A stretch of 63,958 nt of DNA, filler included, from Intoshia linei (Eukaryota; Animalia; Orthonectida): assembly GCA_001642005.1 (NCBI GenBank). It is 4 parts of 4 records of this genome, joined end to end, with 100 filler letters (N's around TTAATTAATTAA, not from the genome) between each part and the next. Parts side by side here need not be neighbours in the genome. Positions count along the whole stretch, not along the records: positions 27,667 to 56,466 come from LWCA01000404.1; 3 more parts are not named here. One strand, written 5' to 3'. Positions 27,567 to 39,000 of the stretch are shown here, one piece after another. The notes under the pieces were generated by a model. The model did not search any database. It had not been told where the DNA came from and worked only from the letters and a program-made list of their open reading frames with translations. The translations under genes were made by a program, and so were the position numbers. Position 1 is the stretch's first letter. Each line of letters begins with the position of its first letter.

Positions 27567-27666
27567 NNNNNNNNNNNNNNNNNNNNNNNNNNNNNNNNNN
27601 NNNNNNNNNNTTAATTAATTAANNNNNNNNNNNNNNNNNNNNNNNNNNNNNNNNNNNNNNNNNNNN
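27567..27666. other. Assembly gap with six-frame stop linker
   Basis: 44 N + TTAATTAATTAA + 44 N. Confidence 0.97.
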
Positions 27667-27895
27667 CCGAACCTTGATTTACATTAGTGTTAATAATTTA
27701 CCATTAATATAGCTGCCCCTGGTGTTGAAATTAATTTAGAGTCACATACGCATAACATATTAATTTTAGAATCATCTTTCTCTTCAAATATATTTTCTTC
27801 AGTTCACATATCAATTAAATGATGGACTACCATAAGATCCACATTGACGGGCCGTACGAGAATTTTTCTTTTTAATATAATAGTTTTTTTCACTT

Positions 27896-28140
27896 TTACT
27901 GGAGTACCCAATATTTCTTTTTTAGATGGATTATCATTTTGTTCCGTGGCCATATATCCTGTTTCGATTTTTTGCTTCTTTCTCTTGCAATACCACGAAA
28001 TGGCAATATTATGTTTTTATTCTTTTTTGATAATATTCTGCAAAGAACATTTTTATTAGTAGGTAGCTTCTGTTCATTAAAAATGCAACCGACATATAGA
28101 CCAACCAAAATATCTCCAATTCTTGTGTTCATTTTTGGTA
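27896..28140 (-). mobile_element. hATm-like transposase N-terminal remnant
   Basis: MNTR..LVG...QKLPTNKNVLCR resembles the N-terminus of hATm-type transposases; degenerate. Confidence 0.4.
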
Positions 28141-28917
28141 TTTTAAAAGATTGCAATAAAATTGAATTGAAATTGATATTGATATAAAAATAATGAACGT
28201 AAATCAAATATTCAATAGCGTAAAATATTTAATATATGTGCTGCAGTATTTATAAGGCGAGATTAATAATAAATAATGATTAGATATCAATTAATCCAAG
28301 ATTATATTTCAATTAAATTATATTGGTAGTGTAATCTTTCCAAGAAAAAAAAGGGAAAATATTTTGATTATACTTTATAATAATTTCCTCAACAGGATTA
28401 TTTTTAATTGAAAAATAATAATAATCTCTTAATATCTCTTTAGTGCTAATTGCCCATCGAATTCTAAAATTTTCCAAAAAATGTGACACTCTAATGTACA
28501 TATAATGTTATAATATAGATTTAAAGAACGTTGCCTTTAGATTAATATAACATAATTTATTTAAATTAACTTTAGTCGACATTAAATCAATTAAATGTAT
28601 ATTACAAATATGCAATACGTTGAAAATTATACATAATATCAATTTATTACTGATTTCGATGATTTTCATTAATTTTTAAGTGTAAAAAAATTAATTCTCT
28701 ATCACAGAAACGATGATGGTGGCGATGATTGTAATTTAATGCTAGTTAAAATAAATTAAAAACGGGGCAAGACCAAAGCGCGAGAACCAGATGTTTCCAC
28801 AATTGTAAACTACATTGTAAATATTAATAGCTATATCAAATCCTCGAAAACCTGTTTAAAGTATGGACTAAACACTACCGATACTGTGAATAGTATAATT
28901 TAGAAAGTTATTATTAA

Positions 28918-29244
28918 GTAGAAATAGTTTCTAAAGGAAGAATTGAACAAAAAATTTTTGTTTCGAATAATGTACCGGCTGATGCAAATGCGTTTAGAAT
29001 ACATGGATTAATCTTAGAAAAAAATTATAGAATAACAATTTTCGCTTTTAACATTCTTGGAATGGGTAAAGGAGCATATATAGAAGCATCTACCACTCCT
29101 GCCACAATACCAGACTCACCCGTTTTCACAATCGAAGAAATTCGATCAACTTCTGTTTTATTTTTATATGAATCCGATCAATACAGCGAAAACCCAGGAA
29201 ATGTTTTTTATGTTCAGTATAAAAGATTGAGTGAATATAGTTAA
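28918..29244 (+). pseudogene. Neuroglian/L1-family fibronectin type III fragment
   Basis: FRIHGLILEKNYRITIFAFNILGMG..IEASTT..PDSPVFTI..NPGNVFYVQYKR is an FN3-FN3 junction typical of L1/neuroglian. Bounded by in-frame stops, with no neighbouring exons found. Confidence 0.55.
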
Positions 29245-29639
29245 AAAAAACGTTTGAGCAATCTGATTCGATAAATACTATCAGAATCATTACACTGGAT
29301 TTTATTACACTATTACATATCTATTACACTTTTGTAATATACATATCAGACTCTGATATGCAGAAATCATTGATATTTATTATATTGTTTTATTAACACT
29401 ATAGATAAAAAATTACCTGTAATCTTTAATTTTTTTAGTACTACCTTAAAATTGGAAGTGAAATCATGAAACTACAAAAATGTATTGATTGACATTTATT
29501 AAATATGATTCAATTCATTAAAAGTGGGGGAAATTGGCTTAAACAAAATTTTAAATTTAGATTTGACACTTAAAATTTTATTTTAAAAGCTGAAATTTAA
29601 AAATTTAATTAAATTTATTAAAAAAATTAAAATTATTAT

Positions 29640-30060
29640 AATTAAAAAACCATTATTCTGATAAATTTTATTCCAGTTGATATAAATACAAAAATTCAAC
29701 CCCAGAAATTTAAGCATTCCCGATGAAAAATAATTTTTAATATATTAACAACCAATATTTTTCAAATATTTCGATTAAAATAAATATTGATCCTACAATT
29801 TCAAAAAAATGTGCATTGAACGTCTACACATTTCCCAATTATAATAAAAATCTATATAATTCCTTTTTTCGGATTTTTTTTTATTGCTACGCAATTTTTC
29901 AATCTCAAATTCTCATTTTCAAAACATTGTGTTTAAAATTTAAATTAAAACTACAACTACGAATTACTAAAAGTAATACAACTTTGTTATTATAATTTTT
30001 ATATATATTGAAATCCTTTGCAATATTGATAAAATTCACCTGAAATATGTTTATCAAGTG
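29640..30060 (+). repeat. Family-A Helitron-like fragment
   Basis: Reverse complement of 1040-1430 blocks (gatcctacaatttcaaaaaaatgtgcattgaacgtctacac). Confidence 0.8.
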
Positions 30061-30260
30061 CTATATTCGATATTTCATTATCACCCGTGGGCAATTGCTT
30101 TGCATTGCATTTCCCGACCATAAAAATTTGTGAACTATGTTTGAAACATAATGTGAATCTAGGAATGGTAAAAAATAAATAGTGTTGTAAATAAATAATG
30201 TTAAATAAATTTAATCCATTTCATATGTATTTAATTCATTAATGTTTTATTCATGCTTAT

Positions 30261-32185
30261 TAGGGCTGTTTATTTTCTACAAAATTTTGGATTAGAAAAA
30301 AATCCACCGTCCTACCTTGAAGAGGGTACTTTAAAACCCATAAAAATAAAATTTTAGAAAAAATGACCTTAAAAATGTGTACCCTATTTGAATTTTAAGG
30401 TTTTTGCGCGTTTTTTCACTTTTTCTTAATTGGCGCCATTTTTTTTTTAAAGATGGATATGATTAATGTATGACCCATTAAGACATATACCAAATTTGGA
30501 CAGAAAAAATTTAATATTTAACTTCACAAGGTGTTTTTCCAAAAAAAGGGGTGTTTGTAATATTGGTCAAATTTATTAAATCTAACAATTATAATAACGA
30601 TAAATTTACTTTAAATATGAAAATTTGTGTGTCCTATGTTGAAATTCAGTTATTAACGTTTTAAACACATTTTAATGAAAAAAAGTAATATGAACTCTCT
30701 ATAAGCCGAGCTAAAAAATTGAACTGTGTTTGTTCTAATCAATTAATTTATGTATGACGATATGTAAAATGTTATGCAGATTCGAGGCAATTGAGTGTAG
30801 TTTTTTTTGTATTATTAGTTTCTTCGTTTTAATTAATTAAAATCAGGAAAAAAACACGAAAATACTTTATCTTGAGAAAATTACGATAAATCATGGAAAC
30901 AATAGTTTTTTAAATTTTTATTTTGTTAAAATTTAACAATAATTTTGTTTCAATATCAACAATATTACGGTCGACAAAATTTTTTTACATATCACCGAGA
31001 TCTCTCACAAATTTCATTTGTAACATCCACATTGATAGGATATGATCGCAACATATTCCGATTAAAGCATTTCAATGTTTTACCTTCCAGTATGCTTAGT
31101 AATAATTCAATTGATTCAGTTTGCCTTCTACAAGTGAACCAAGCAGGCACCCAGTAATCGACAACAAAATTGCAAACATCAATTATAGCTGCAGATTTGT
31201 CTAAACTAAGATAATATTTTAACAGATAGTTAACTTTGTTATTCCAGCGAGCTTTAGACCAAAGGTCCCAATTTTCTGATTGAATTAATAGGATATACCC
31301 CGGTATTAAACAAATATTTTACTGTCTCACCTAATCCAGACAACTCTGAATAATCGTTCCTACATCATCTTGGGTATTTAAATTCCATTCTTGCTTCTTT
31401 ATAATGTGGTAACCACAGCAAAAAATTAATTTTGAGAATCTCAACAAAACCTAAGGATATATTGGGTTTAATGCTGCTAACCGGAAATTTAAATGTAAAA
31501 TAAATTTGTAGTATTCTATCAAGAACATGTAATCTACATGGTTGGCAAATCAATTGAAGCATAGCATTTATTTTTTTATTTTAAGTTACGACAATCTACA
31601 TATCCCATAATACAATTTGATTCTATATGCATGTTGTAAAATTGCTGGTCCAAAATTGATTAAAAAATTTTAGGTTCACAAGAAATGTCAAATAATTTTA
31701 TAAATTGTTTATGTTTGCCATGCCTTATTTTTTGATTTTTTCTTGTTATTAATTGTAATAATCTACGCTTTATTGAATTCTTTGTAATTGTTTTAATTCG
31801 ACATTTTTTCTATAAAAATATCAATTCATCAGAAATCAAATCAATTCGATCATTAACGGACTTGGTAGTATGAAATAGAAATGCATATCTTTCTAATGTA
31901 TTAATTTTAGTTGGCAATCAAGATATGTCACTTAAATTATTCATTAATAATTTATTATAAAACTTTTATAAACGGATAAATAAAATAAATGAATGTAAAT
32001 AGAATTGTTATGCTAGTTACTGATGAAATATTTAAAAATAAACCTCACATTTTATATATACTTTTGAAGATATAAATTGATTTAGGGTACATATTTTTAA
32101 CAAAATGACCATTTTTAATGGGCACAAACATTATTACACACTTTGAAGTATATGGTGTGCCCATGGATTTTTTTGAACAGCCCTA
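30261..32185 (-). mobile_element. Decayed hATm-type DNA transposon
   Basis: TIR tagggctgtt/aacagcccta; minus-strand fragments LICQPCRLHVLDRIL and SKARWNNKVNYLLKYYL..CNFVVDYWVPAWF, matching hATm CRHH and ARW motifs. Confidence 0.7.
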
Positions 32186-32841
32186 AATAAAAGCATTGCT
32201 TATATTTTAATATCTGATAACTTATAAATTATTGTAGATTAGAAAGTAACTATAATTCTAAAAATTAAGTAATTACAAAAATATTCATAACTTTGATTTC
32301 AGATTTTTACTAATTTTTGATTATAAGGTTTTTAGCTGAAAATATCACCCTAAACCATGAACTGTAATAGAAACAAATATAATATCATCATGTATTGCAA
32401 TAATTTATATATTCAGTGAAAAATTAAATAATTTAATTAGATTTTTAATTATGAATGACTCAATTTCTGAAAATTTAATTTTTGATAAACAGTAGTCTAT
32501 CAAAAACTATATTAGAAATTGGGTTTTTTTTAATTCTAGGATTGTTAATATTTTAATTAAACAGTAAAATAATTTTATTTAACTAATAATGTTAATTCAA
32601 TTAAATGTTAAAATTAATTTAATAATGTAAGTATATAAAGAATTATTCGTAATCACTTGACATAAATTAACCTTGAAAATGACAATTACAAAAATATTGG
32701 CTAAAAAAACTAATCGACACGTAAAAAAAATAAACAATTGAATGGACGCTACATTAATATCAATATCTAAACACTCGGAAAATATAAATACAAAAAATCA
32801 ATATTAATCAGTAAATAATAAAATAAGACATTAATCAAAAA

Positions 32842-33148
32842 ATGACACCCAAACAAACAGTAACAGATGAATACACAATAGGATCATTAAAACAAACATA
32901 TTACAAAATAATTTACATGACATCATATGTTGTACTGATTACTATATTTCCGCTTGGTAAAATAAATAAAGATAAACCTAACCTTAAAAGGAATTTTAGC
33001 TGTAACATTTGCAACCTACAACCAAGAATATGTAAAAATGAAAAATAAAGAAAAGGCGAAAATATTTGCAAGATACACATTAATAATGATAATTTTAGCA
33101 ATAGTCCTAACAGCATTATTAACATTATTCTACATTACACATAAATAA
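32842..33148 (+). CDS. Small CD225/dispanin (IFITM/PRRT-like) membrane protein, ~90 aa; intron 32957-32990; start may lie upstream
   Basis: Removing a 34-nt GT..CTAAC..AG intron gives YMTSYVVLITIFPLGILAVTFATYNQEYVKMKNKEKAKIFARYTLIMIILAIVLTALLTLFY: hydrophobic segment, PLGILA, short loop with A-K/R, then a terminal TM helix (CD225 layout). Confidence 0.7.
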
Positions 33149-33154
33149 ATTTAT

Positions 33155-35633
33155 TTACGATTCATTATTTACAATTTTTACACAAGGTACGCAAGATATA
33201 CCGTAATATGAAGCCATTGACTGAAGGTTTTCATCTGAAATGGTTATTTTAAAAGAAAATTTTGTAAATTTTAAAAACGCAGTAATACTAGATTTAGCAT
33301 CATGCTTTAATTCCTCATTCATAGCCACGATTGTTTGCAAAGCATTTTTACAAGACGGTAAATTTTCAAAATTGATAAAGATTGGTTTCAGTAGCAATCC
33401 TGAATTTTTCAGTTTATCCAAAAAGTTTATAAAATCCAATTCATATTTTGTAATAAACATTAAACAATTGCCACAATTATTATTGCGAGCAGTTCTACCG
33501 GCACGGTGGATATAACTGTTGACATTGACGGGTAAATCGTATTGAACAATCCAATCTACATTGGGAAAATCTAAACCCCTAGCAGCGATATCTGTAGCAA
33601 ATAAAAATGCAACATCTTTTTCACAAAACACTTTAAAAGTTTTATTACGTTTAAACTGATTCAATTTTCCGTGTAGAGCTAATGCCGGCATTCTTGGTTG
33701 TAATTTTTTGATACATTTCACAATAAACCTAACCTGTTTACAAGTTGATACAAAAATTATAATTTTTTTGTTTGAATTTTTTTTTATAAATGACCAAATT
33801 AAATCCAATTTTCTATGGAGGGGTGTAATGATGTAATGTTGTTGTAATAAGTGAGGTGTCTTTAAAAGTTTTTGCTCGTTTACGGAAACAACTACAGCTT
33901 CCTTTTTTAAATTTAATTTTTGCAATTTTTTTATAGAGTGTGTTTGAGTGGCACTAAATAATAAAACTTGTTTTTTTTTGGGTAGTTCTTCTAAGATTGC
34001 ATCAATTTGTGGACCAAATCCCATTTCCAGCATTTTATCCGCTTCGTCAAGTATTAACATTTTTAATTTATCGAAAACAAAGTTTTCTATTACACCCATA
34101 CATTCCATCAATCTTCCGGGTGTAGAAATGATAATGTTCGTCAGTGGTTGTATTGCTTTAGCTTGGGTAGATTTAGAGGAATATAACCGAATTTTTTCAA
34201 TTTGACCGCCTACAACCAGTCCAATTGTTAATCCACTAAACATTGCGATATCTCGAAAAACTTGAGTGATTTGGTAAGCTAATTCACGAGTGGGACAAAT
34301 AATTAAAGCACCAATGCCTAAAATTGAAAATAAAATAATATTTAATATACACGAGGTGTCAAAATTGAAATCTTCAGTCAAACCACCAAAGGAACTTTTT
34401 TTAAAAATTAAAATGTAAACAATATAATAAGGGTGTCTACTAAAAATCAAAATTTACCAACACTAACAGGAAAAATTCAGTTTTAACAACCTTTAAAGCA
34501 AAAATCCGGTTTGCGATAGTTTGCAAAGTATTGCGAAGTATCCCATAAAAACTCAATATCACAAACAAAACAAAATACGCTAATTATTTCTATTATTTCT
34601 AATTTTTTTGTAATATGGTTTGTAGGTATACTATGGTATCTTAATATTTCAGTTTTAACTTGGGCCTGTAGTGGATACTATAACTCAAAAATGAAAACTC
34701 GATTTTTCCATTAAAAGTTGGTAAAAGTGGGTTTTCCCATAAGGGTTGATAAAATTGAGATTTTTTCTTAGGGGTTTATAAAAGTGAATTTTTCCTTTAA
34801 AGGTTGATAAAACTGGAATTTTTCCTTTAAAGGTTGATAAAACTGGAATTTTTCCATTAAAGGTTGGTAAAAGGTGTTGGATTTAAGAATATGCTCATAT
34901 AATAATATAATTTTGTCTCATCACATCAATTTTTCAAGTCATGTTCATTTCTATGAATTTCAATCGAATCTGTGTCGACATAACCATATTTATTTAAATA
35001 CATAATTAAAAAGGTCATTAAATATTTCCTTTAAAAGGTTAAATCAATGGCTCATATTTCCTCTATGTATAAGAGATGCTGGACACAAGTGTGATCCGAT
35101 ATACGAATTTTTGCGACTGACTGCATAAATTAATCCAATAATTAAAATAAAGAAGTTATATCCAATTTTGTAAATTTGGGACTATTCTGGGTTTACACAC
35201 ATGTATTTCACAAAAAAAAATAAAAAACTACACAAATTGGGGCCACTGTAATATACCATAAAGTTTATGGCACAAACTACATTTGATCAACATGTTAAAT
35301 AAAATTACCATGAATTTGAGACCAGTTGTATTTTAAAAGTATTTCAATAGTTGGGATAACAAATGCCAAAGTTTTACCGGACCCTGTAACAGAAGAAGCA
35401 ACAATATCACTACCAGTTAAACAAATTGGAATAGATTGTAGTTGAACAGGTGTAGCTTCTATAAAATTATGTTTTTTTAATGCTCTCTTTACTTGGTCTG
35501 ATAAAAATGACATATTTTCAAAATTTTTCTCTTTATAAACATCTTGACTATTCAAATCTTGTTGCAAACATATTTTAGGTTTTTTAAATTGTTTAAATTC
35601 AACATTTTCTTTTCTTTTCATTCTATTTGACAT
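33155..35633 (-). CDS. DDX10: DEAD-box RNA helicase DDX10/Dbp4; exons 35633-35309 and 34317-33155 (~495 aa)
   Basis: TPVQ, TGSGKTLAF, W..HGIGALIICPTRELAYQ, TPGRL, LDEADKMLEMGF, LFSATQT, LALHGK, FATDIAARGLDFPNVDW, YIHRAGRTAR; DDX10-type context. Confidence 0.88.
34703..34873. repeat. 30-bp minisatellite (~6 copies) in DDX10 intron
   Basis: Unit aggttgataaaactggaatttttcctttaa repeated head-to-tail with degenerate flanking copies. Confidence 0.85.
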
Positions 35634-36095
35634 TTTATATTATATATTTAAATTTTTAATGTCTTATATAGTGAGTGATATTATATTAACAAATGTAAGT
35701 AGTATTAAGATTAGTTTATTTTCATATTTTCAGATATAAAAAGTTGGTATTACATTAACTCTTTAACCCTTAGACTCTAAGGCTTAGAGTATATGGTCTA
35801 AGATTTTATAGATTCTATACTGCTAAAAAAACTAAACTGTAAACTTTGAAGTGTTAACCTTTTTCATGACTCGCAATTTCAAATAAATAAAAGGTATTGT
35901 TTACATTGGGTACTGATTCTAATTTTATTGATGAATATACAAATTTACGTAATGACGCTAATTTCATATGAAAACAAAACTGATTAACTGTAAATAAAAT
36001 AGACATTTCATACTGCGTGTTTAAATAAATTAATTATCAAGAAAAATTATTGTTGAACATTTCTATGGATAAGACTATTTCATTATTTACTTAAA

Positions 36096-39000
36096 ATGAA
36101 ACACTATGAAACCTTACAAGAAACGCAGACACAGGGTCAACCAGAGACTTCAGAAATATCAATCAGTGAAAATAACGTGGAAATACCTATTGCAATAGTA
36201 ACATCAAATGAAACTGGTGGTTTGGGCATGTTTTCTGCTGTATTTGCACCGGTAGCATTGTCAATGTTTAGTACTGTTTTATTTCAGCGTTTGGGTTTTA
36301 TTGTTGGAAACGCTGGATTCATATACAGCGTCCTAATGATTGTTATTGCATATCTCATACTTTTATCTACCGTTTTGTCTTTATCAGCGATATCAACTAA
36401 TGGAGCTATTAAGGGTGGTGGAGCTTATTGTAATTTTTCTTTTTTACACTACACTTTGAGATTGTTTTGTATAAAAGTATATTAAAAATGCATCTTCTCA
36501 GAATGAGACTTGCCGGTTCTCTGTATATTTTAAATTTTGAAAAATTTTTTGGAGAAAAATCCATTATTGGCCTTGGAAACGTATTAAATATGATTATCCC
36601 AAATAACTCTTAACAACCTATCTATTTAATTACCCCATTGTCAAAAAATTTCCATATATTACCAAATGTAGTAGTTAAAAAAGCCCTTGTATCAGATACG
36701 CCATGAAAATTATCTGTGCCATCTCCATGTCACATTATTAACTCTTAGGGTAGTACATTTCAATTGAGAATTGATGCATTATGAATTTACAAATGATAAA
36801 AATTGTTATTATATTTTATATAAACATTTCTAGACATGATTAGTCGAGCTCTCGGACCAGAATTCGGAGGAAGTCTTGGTTTTTTGTTTTTCATAGCTAA
36901 TGCGATATCTGCTTCATTATACATTAGCGCATTTGTAGAAGGATTGGTGGAAGTTATCAATAAGTACATGAATATACCTGTAGACATAGGTTGGTTGTAT
37001 TTATATTCTGCATGCACATTGCTTTTTGGCTTTATGATATGCATTATCGGTAGCAAGCTTTTTTCCAAGGCAACCACCCTTATTTTGGCTACCGTGTTTT
37101 TTTGCACACTGTCTTGTATATTTAGTTTCTTTTATATCTTTCAAGTTGATGTCAATTTGCCAAAAATTAGTGTTGAATTTTATAATGACACTATAACGTC
37201 AATTAGATACACCTCCTTTAGTAAAAAAACCTTTAATGAAAACCTTTATGGTAATTTTACCAAAGATTACATCACTGGACATCAAATGTCATTTTTTACA
37301 GTGTTTGCAGTTTTATTTAGTAGCATCACAGGAATCATGAATGGTGCAAACATGTCTGGTGAACTTAAAAATCCATCTAAAGCTATACCGAAAGGAACTC
37401 TATGTGCTTTAACTTATACCTATGTTACTTATATCATCATGATTTTTTTCATTTCTTTCACATGCAATCGAGAAATTTTACAAAGAAGCTATAATTTTCT
37501 CCAGGATATCAATATTTTTTCTTTTTTTGTGGGTATGTTTTTAGGTATATAAAAATTTATGGTAATACATTACATCAAGAACAATTGAATCAATAAATTC
37601 ATGAGACGAAGAGTCAAAAAAATCTAAACTTTTCATGAATAAACGTTTTTAGAAAATTGAAAATTTTAAAATTATTATTTTATTTAATTTCATGGACCTG
37701 GTGTATGAGCTGTTTACAAGACACTAATATTAATAATTAATGTTACAACTTTTAATATTTTAGTTATTGGATTTTCGACTGCTACATTATCTGCAGCCTT
37801 AGCCAATTTTATTGGAGCCTCAAGAATATTAGTAGCCATGTCTGAAGACGAATTATTTTGGTTTTTTTTAAACTTTGCTAAAAAACGAGGTAAAAATGGA
37901 AACCCTTATGCAGCGGTGGTTTTTACTTATTTTGTTATTCAATTATTTTTATTTATTGGATCTGTTAATATTATTGCTCCAATTGCTTCTGTGTGCTTTT
38001 TACTTATTTATGCAGCTGTCAATGTGGCTTGTTTGGGATTGCATTTAACTTCCGCACCAAATTTTAGGTATTTTTATTGTTTGAGTATAGTAGTATGGCC
38101 AGAAAAAAAGACGTACTATCAATTTTAGTTTATTTGATAATAAATGTAAAGCTAAAACTACTTATCTATGATGACGAATAAAAATTTTCGGCTTAAAATT
38201 TATTCCAAATAAACTAAAAGTGATAGTACGTATTTTTTCTGGTCACACTAAGTAAAGTGATATCTCGATCTAGTCACGTTCAATTACTTAAATTCTAGTT
38301 TATTTGGTGTATTTAACTTAAATGTAAAGCCAAAACTACTTATCTATGATGACGAATAAAAATTTTCGGCTTCAAATGTACTCCAAATAAACTAAGTGAT
38401 AGTACGTATTTTTCTGGTCACTTTATTTTAAGCCAAAAATATTTTTTGCAATCATAGATACGTATGTATGTAATTTTTGCTTGACATATAATTTCAAATA
38501 AACTAAAATTGAATTAATCAATCGTGACTAGATTGAGATATCACGGTAATAGCTATTTATCATAATTAGGGCAAGCAAAAGTCAGAAAATTTAAAATTTG
38601 TATGTTAAATAGTTTAACATTTCCAACATGATGGCACCGATATCGTCAATATTAATTGGCTAATTAAAATTTTATAAAGTTAATACGGTTAGAAAAGTTA
38701 AAAAATTTTCCAAATGTTAGAATTTTTATTTAAAGTTAATAAAATTAGATTTTGAAATATTCAATTATTTACATGTTCATTGTTTTTAAATTTTAATCTA
38801 ATTATCAGTTAATGCCTAAATTTCCAAAGTCGAGACAAGAAAAAATTCATATTTTAAGAATATTTCCAAATAAATTTAAAATAAATATAAAATAAAGGAC
38901 GGCAGTTTAATTTGTATCAAATGCAATTGTGATGTCTTATTTGAAAAATTATATTGTGTGCAGAGTCATATGTCGTCTGTTAAACACAAATCATTAACTT

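Noticed and set aside
27611-27622. TTAATTAATTAA palindrome centred in N runs (also 56511-56522 and 62405-62416)
   Set aside because: Artificial six-frame stop linker added during contig joining; not biological.
32913-33125. Hydrophobic 70-aa minus-strand ORF as an extra DDX10 exon or membrane protein
   Set aside because: It is the antisense of the dispanin-like gene, whose spliced plus-strand reading has family motifs and a branch-point-bearing intron.
34703-34873. 30-bp periodic repeat as a possible CRISPR array
   Set aside because: Head-to-tail units without unique spacers, inside a spliceosomal intron, no cas genes; it is a minisatellite.
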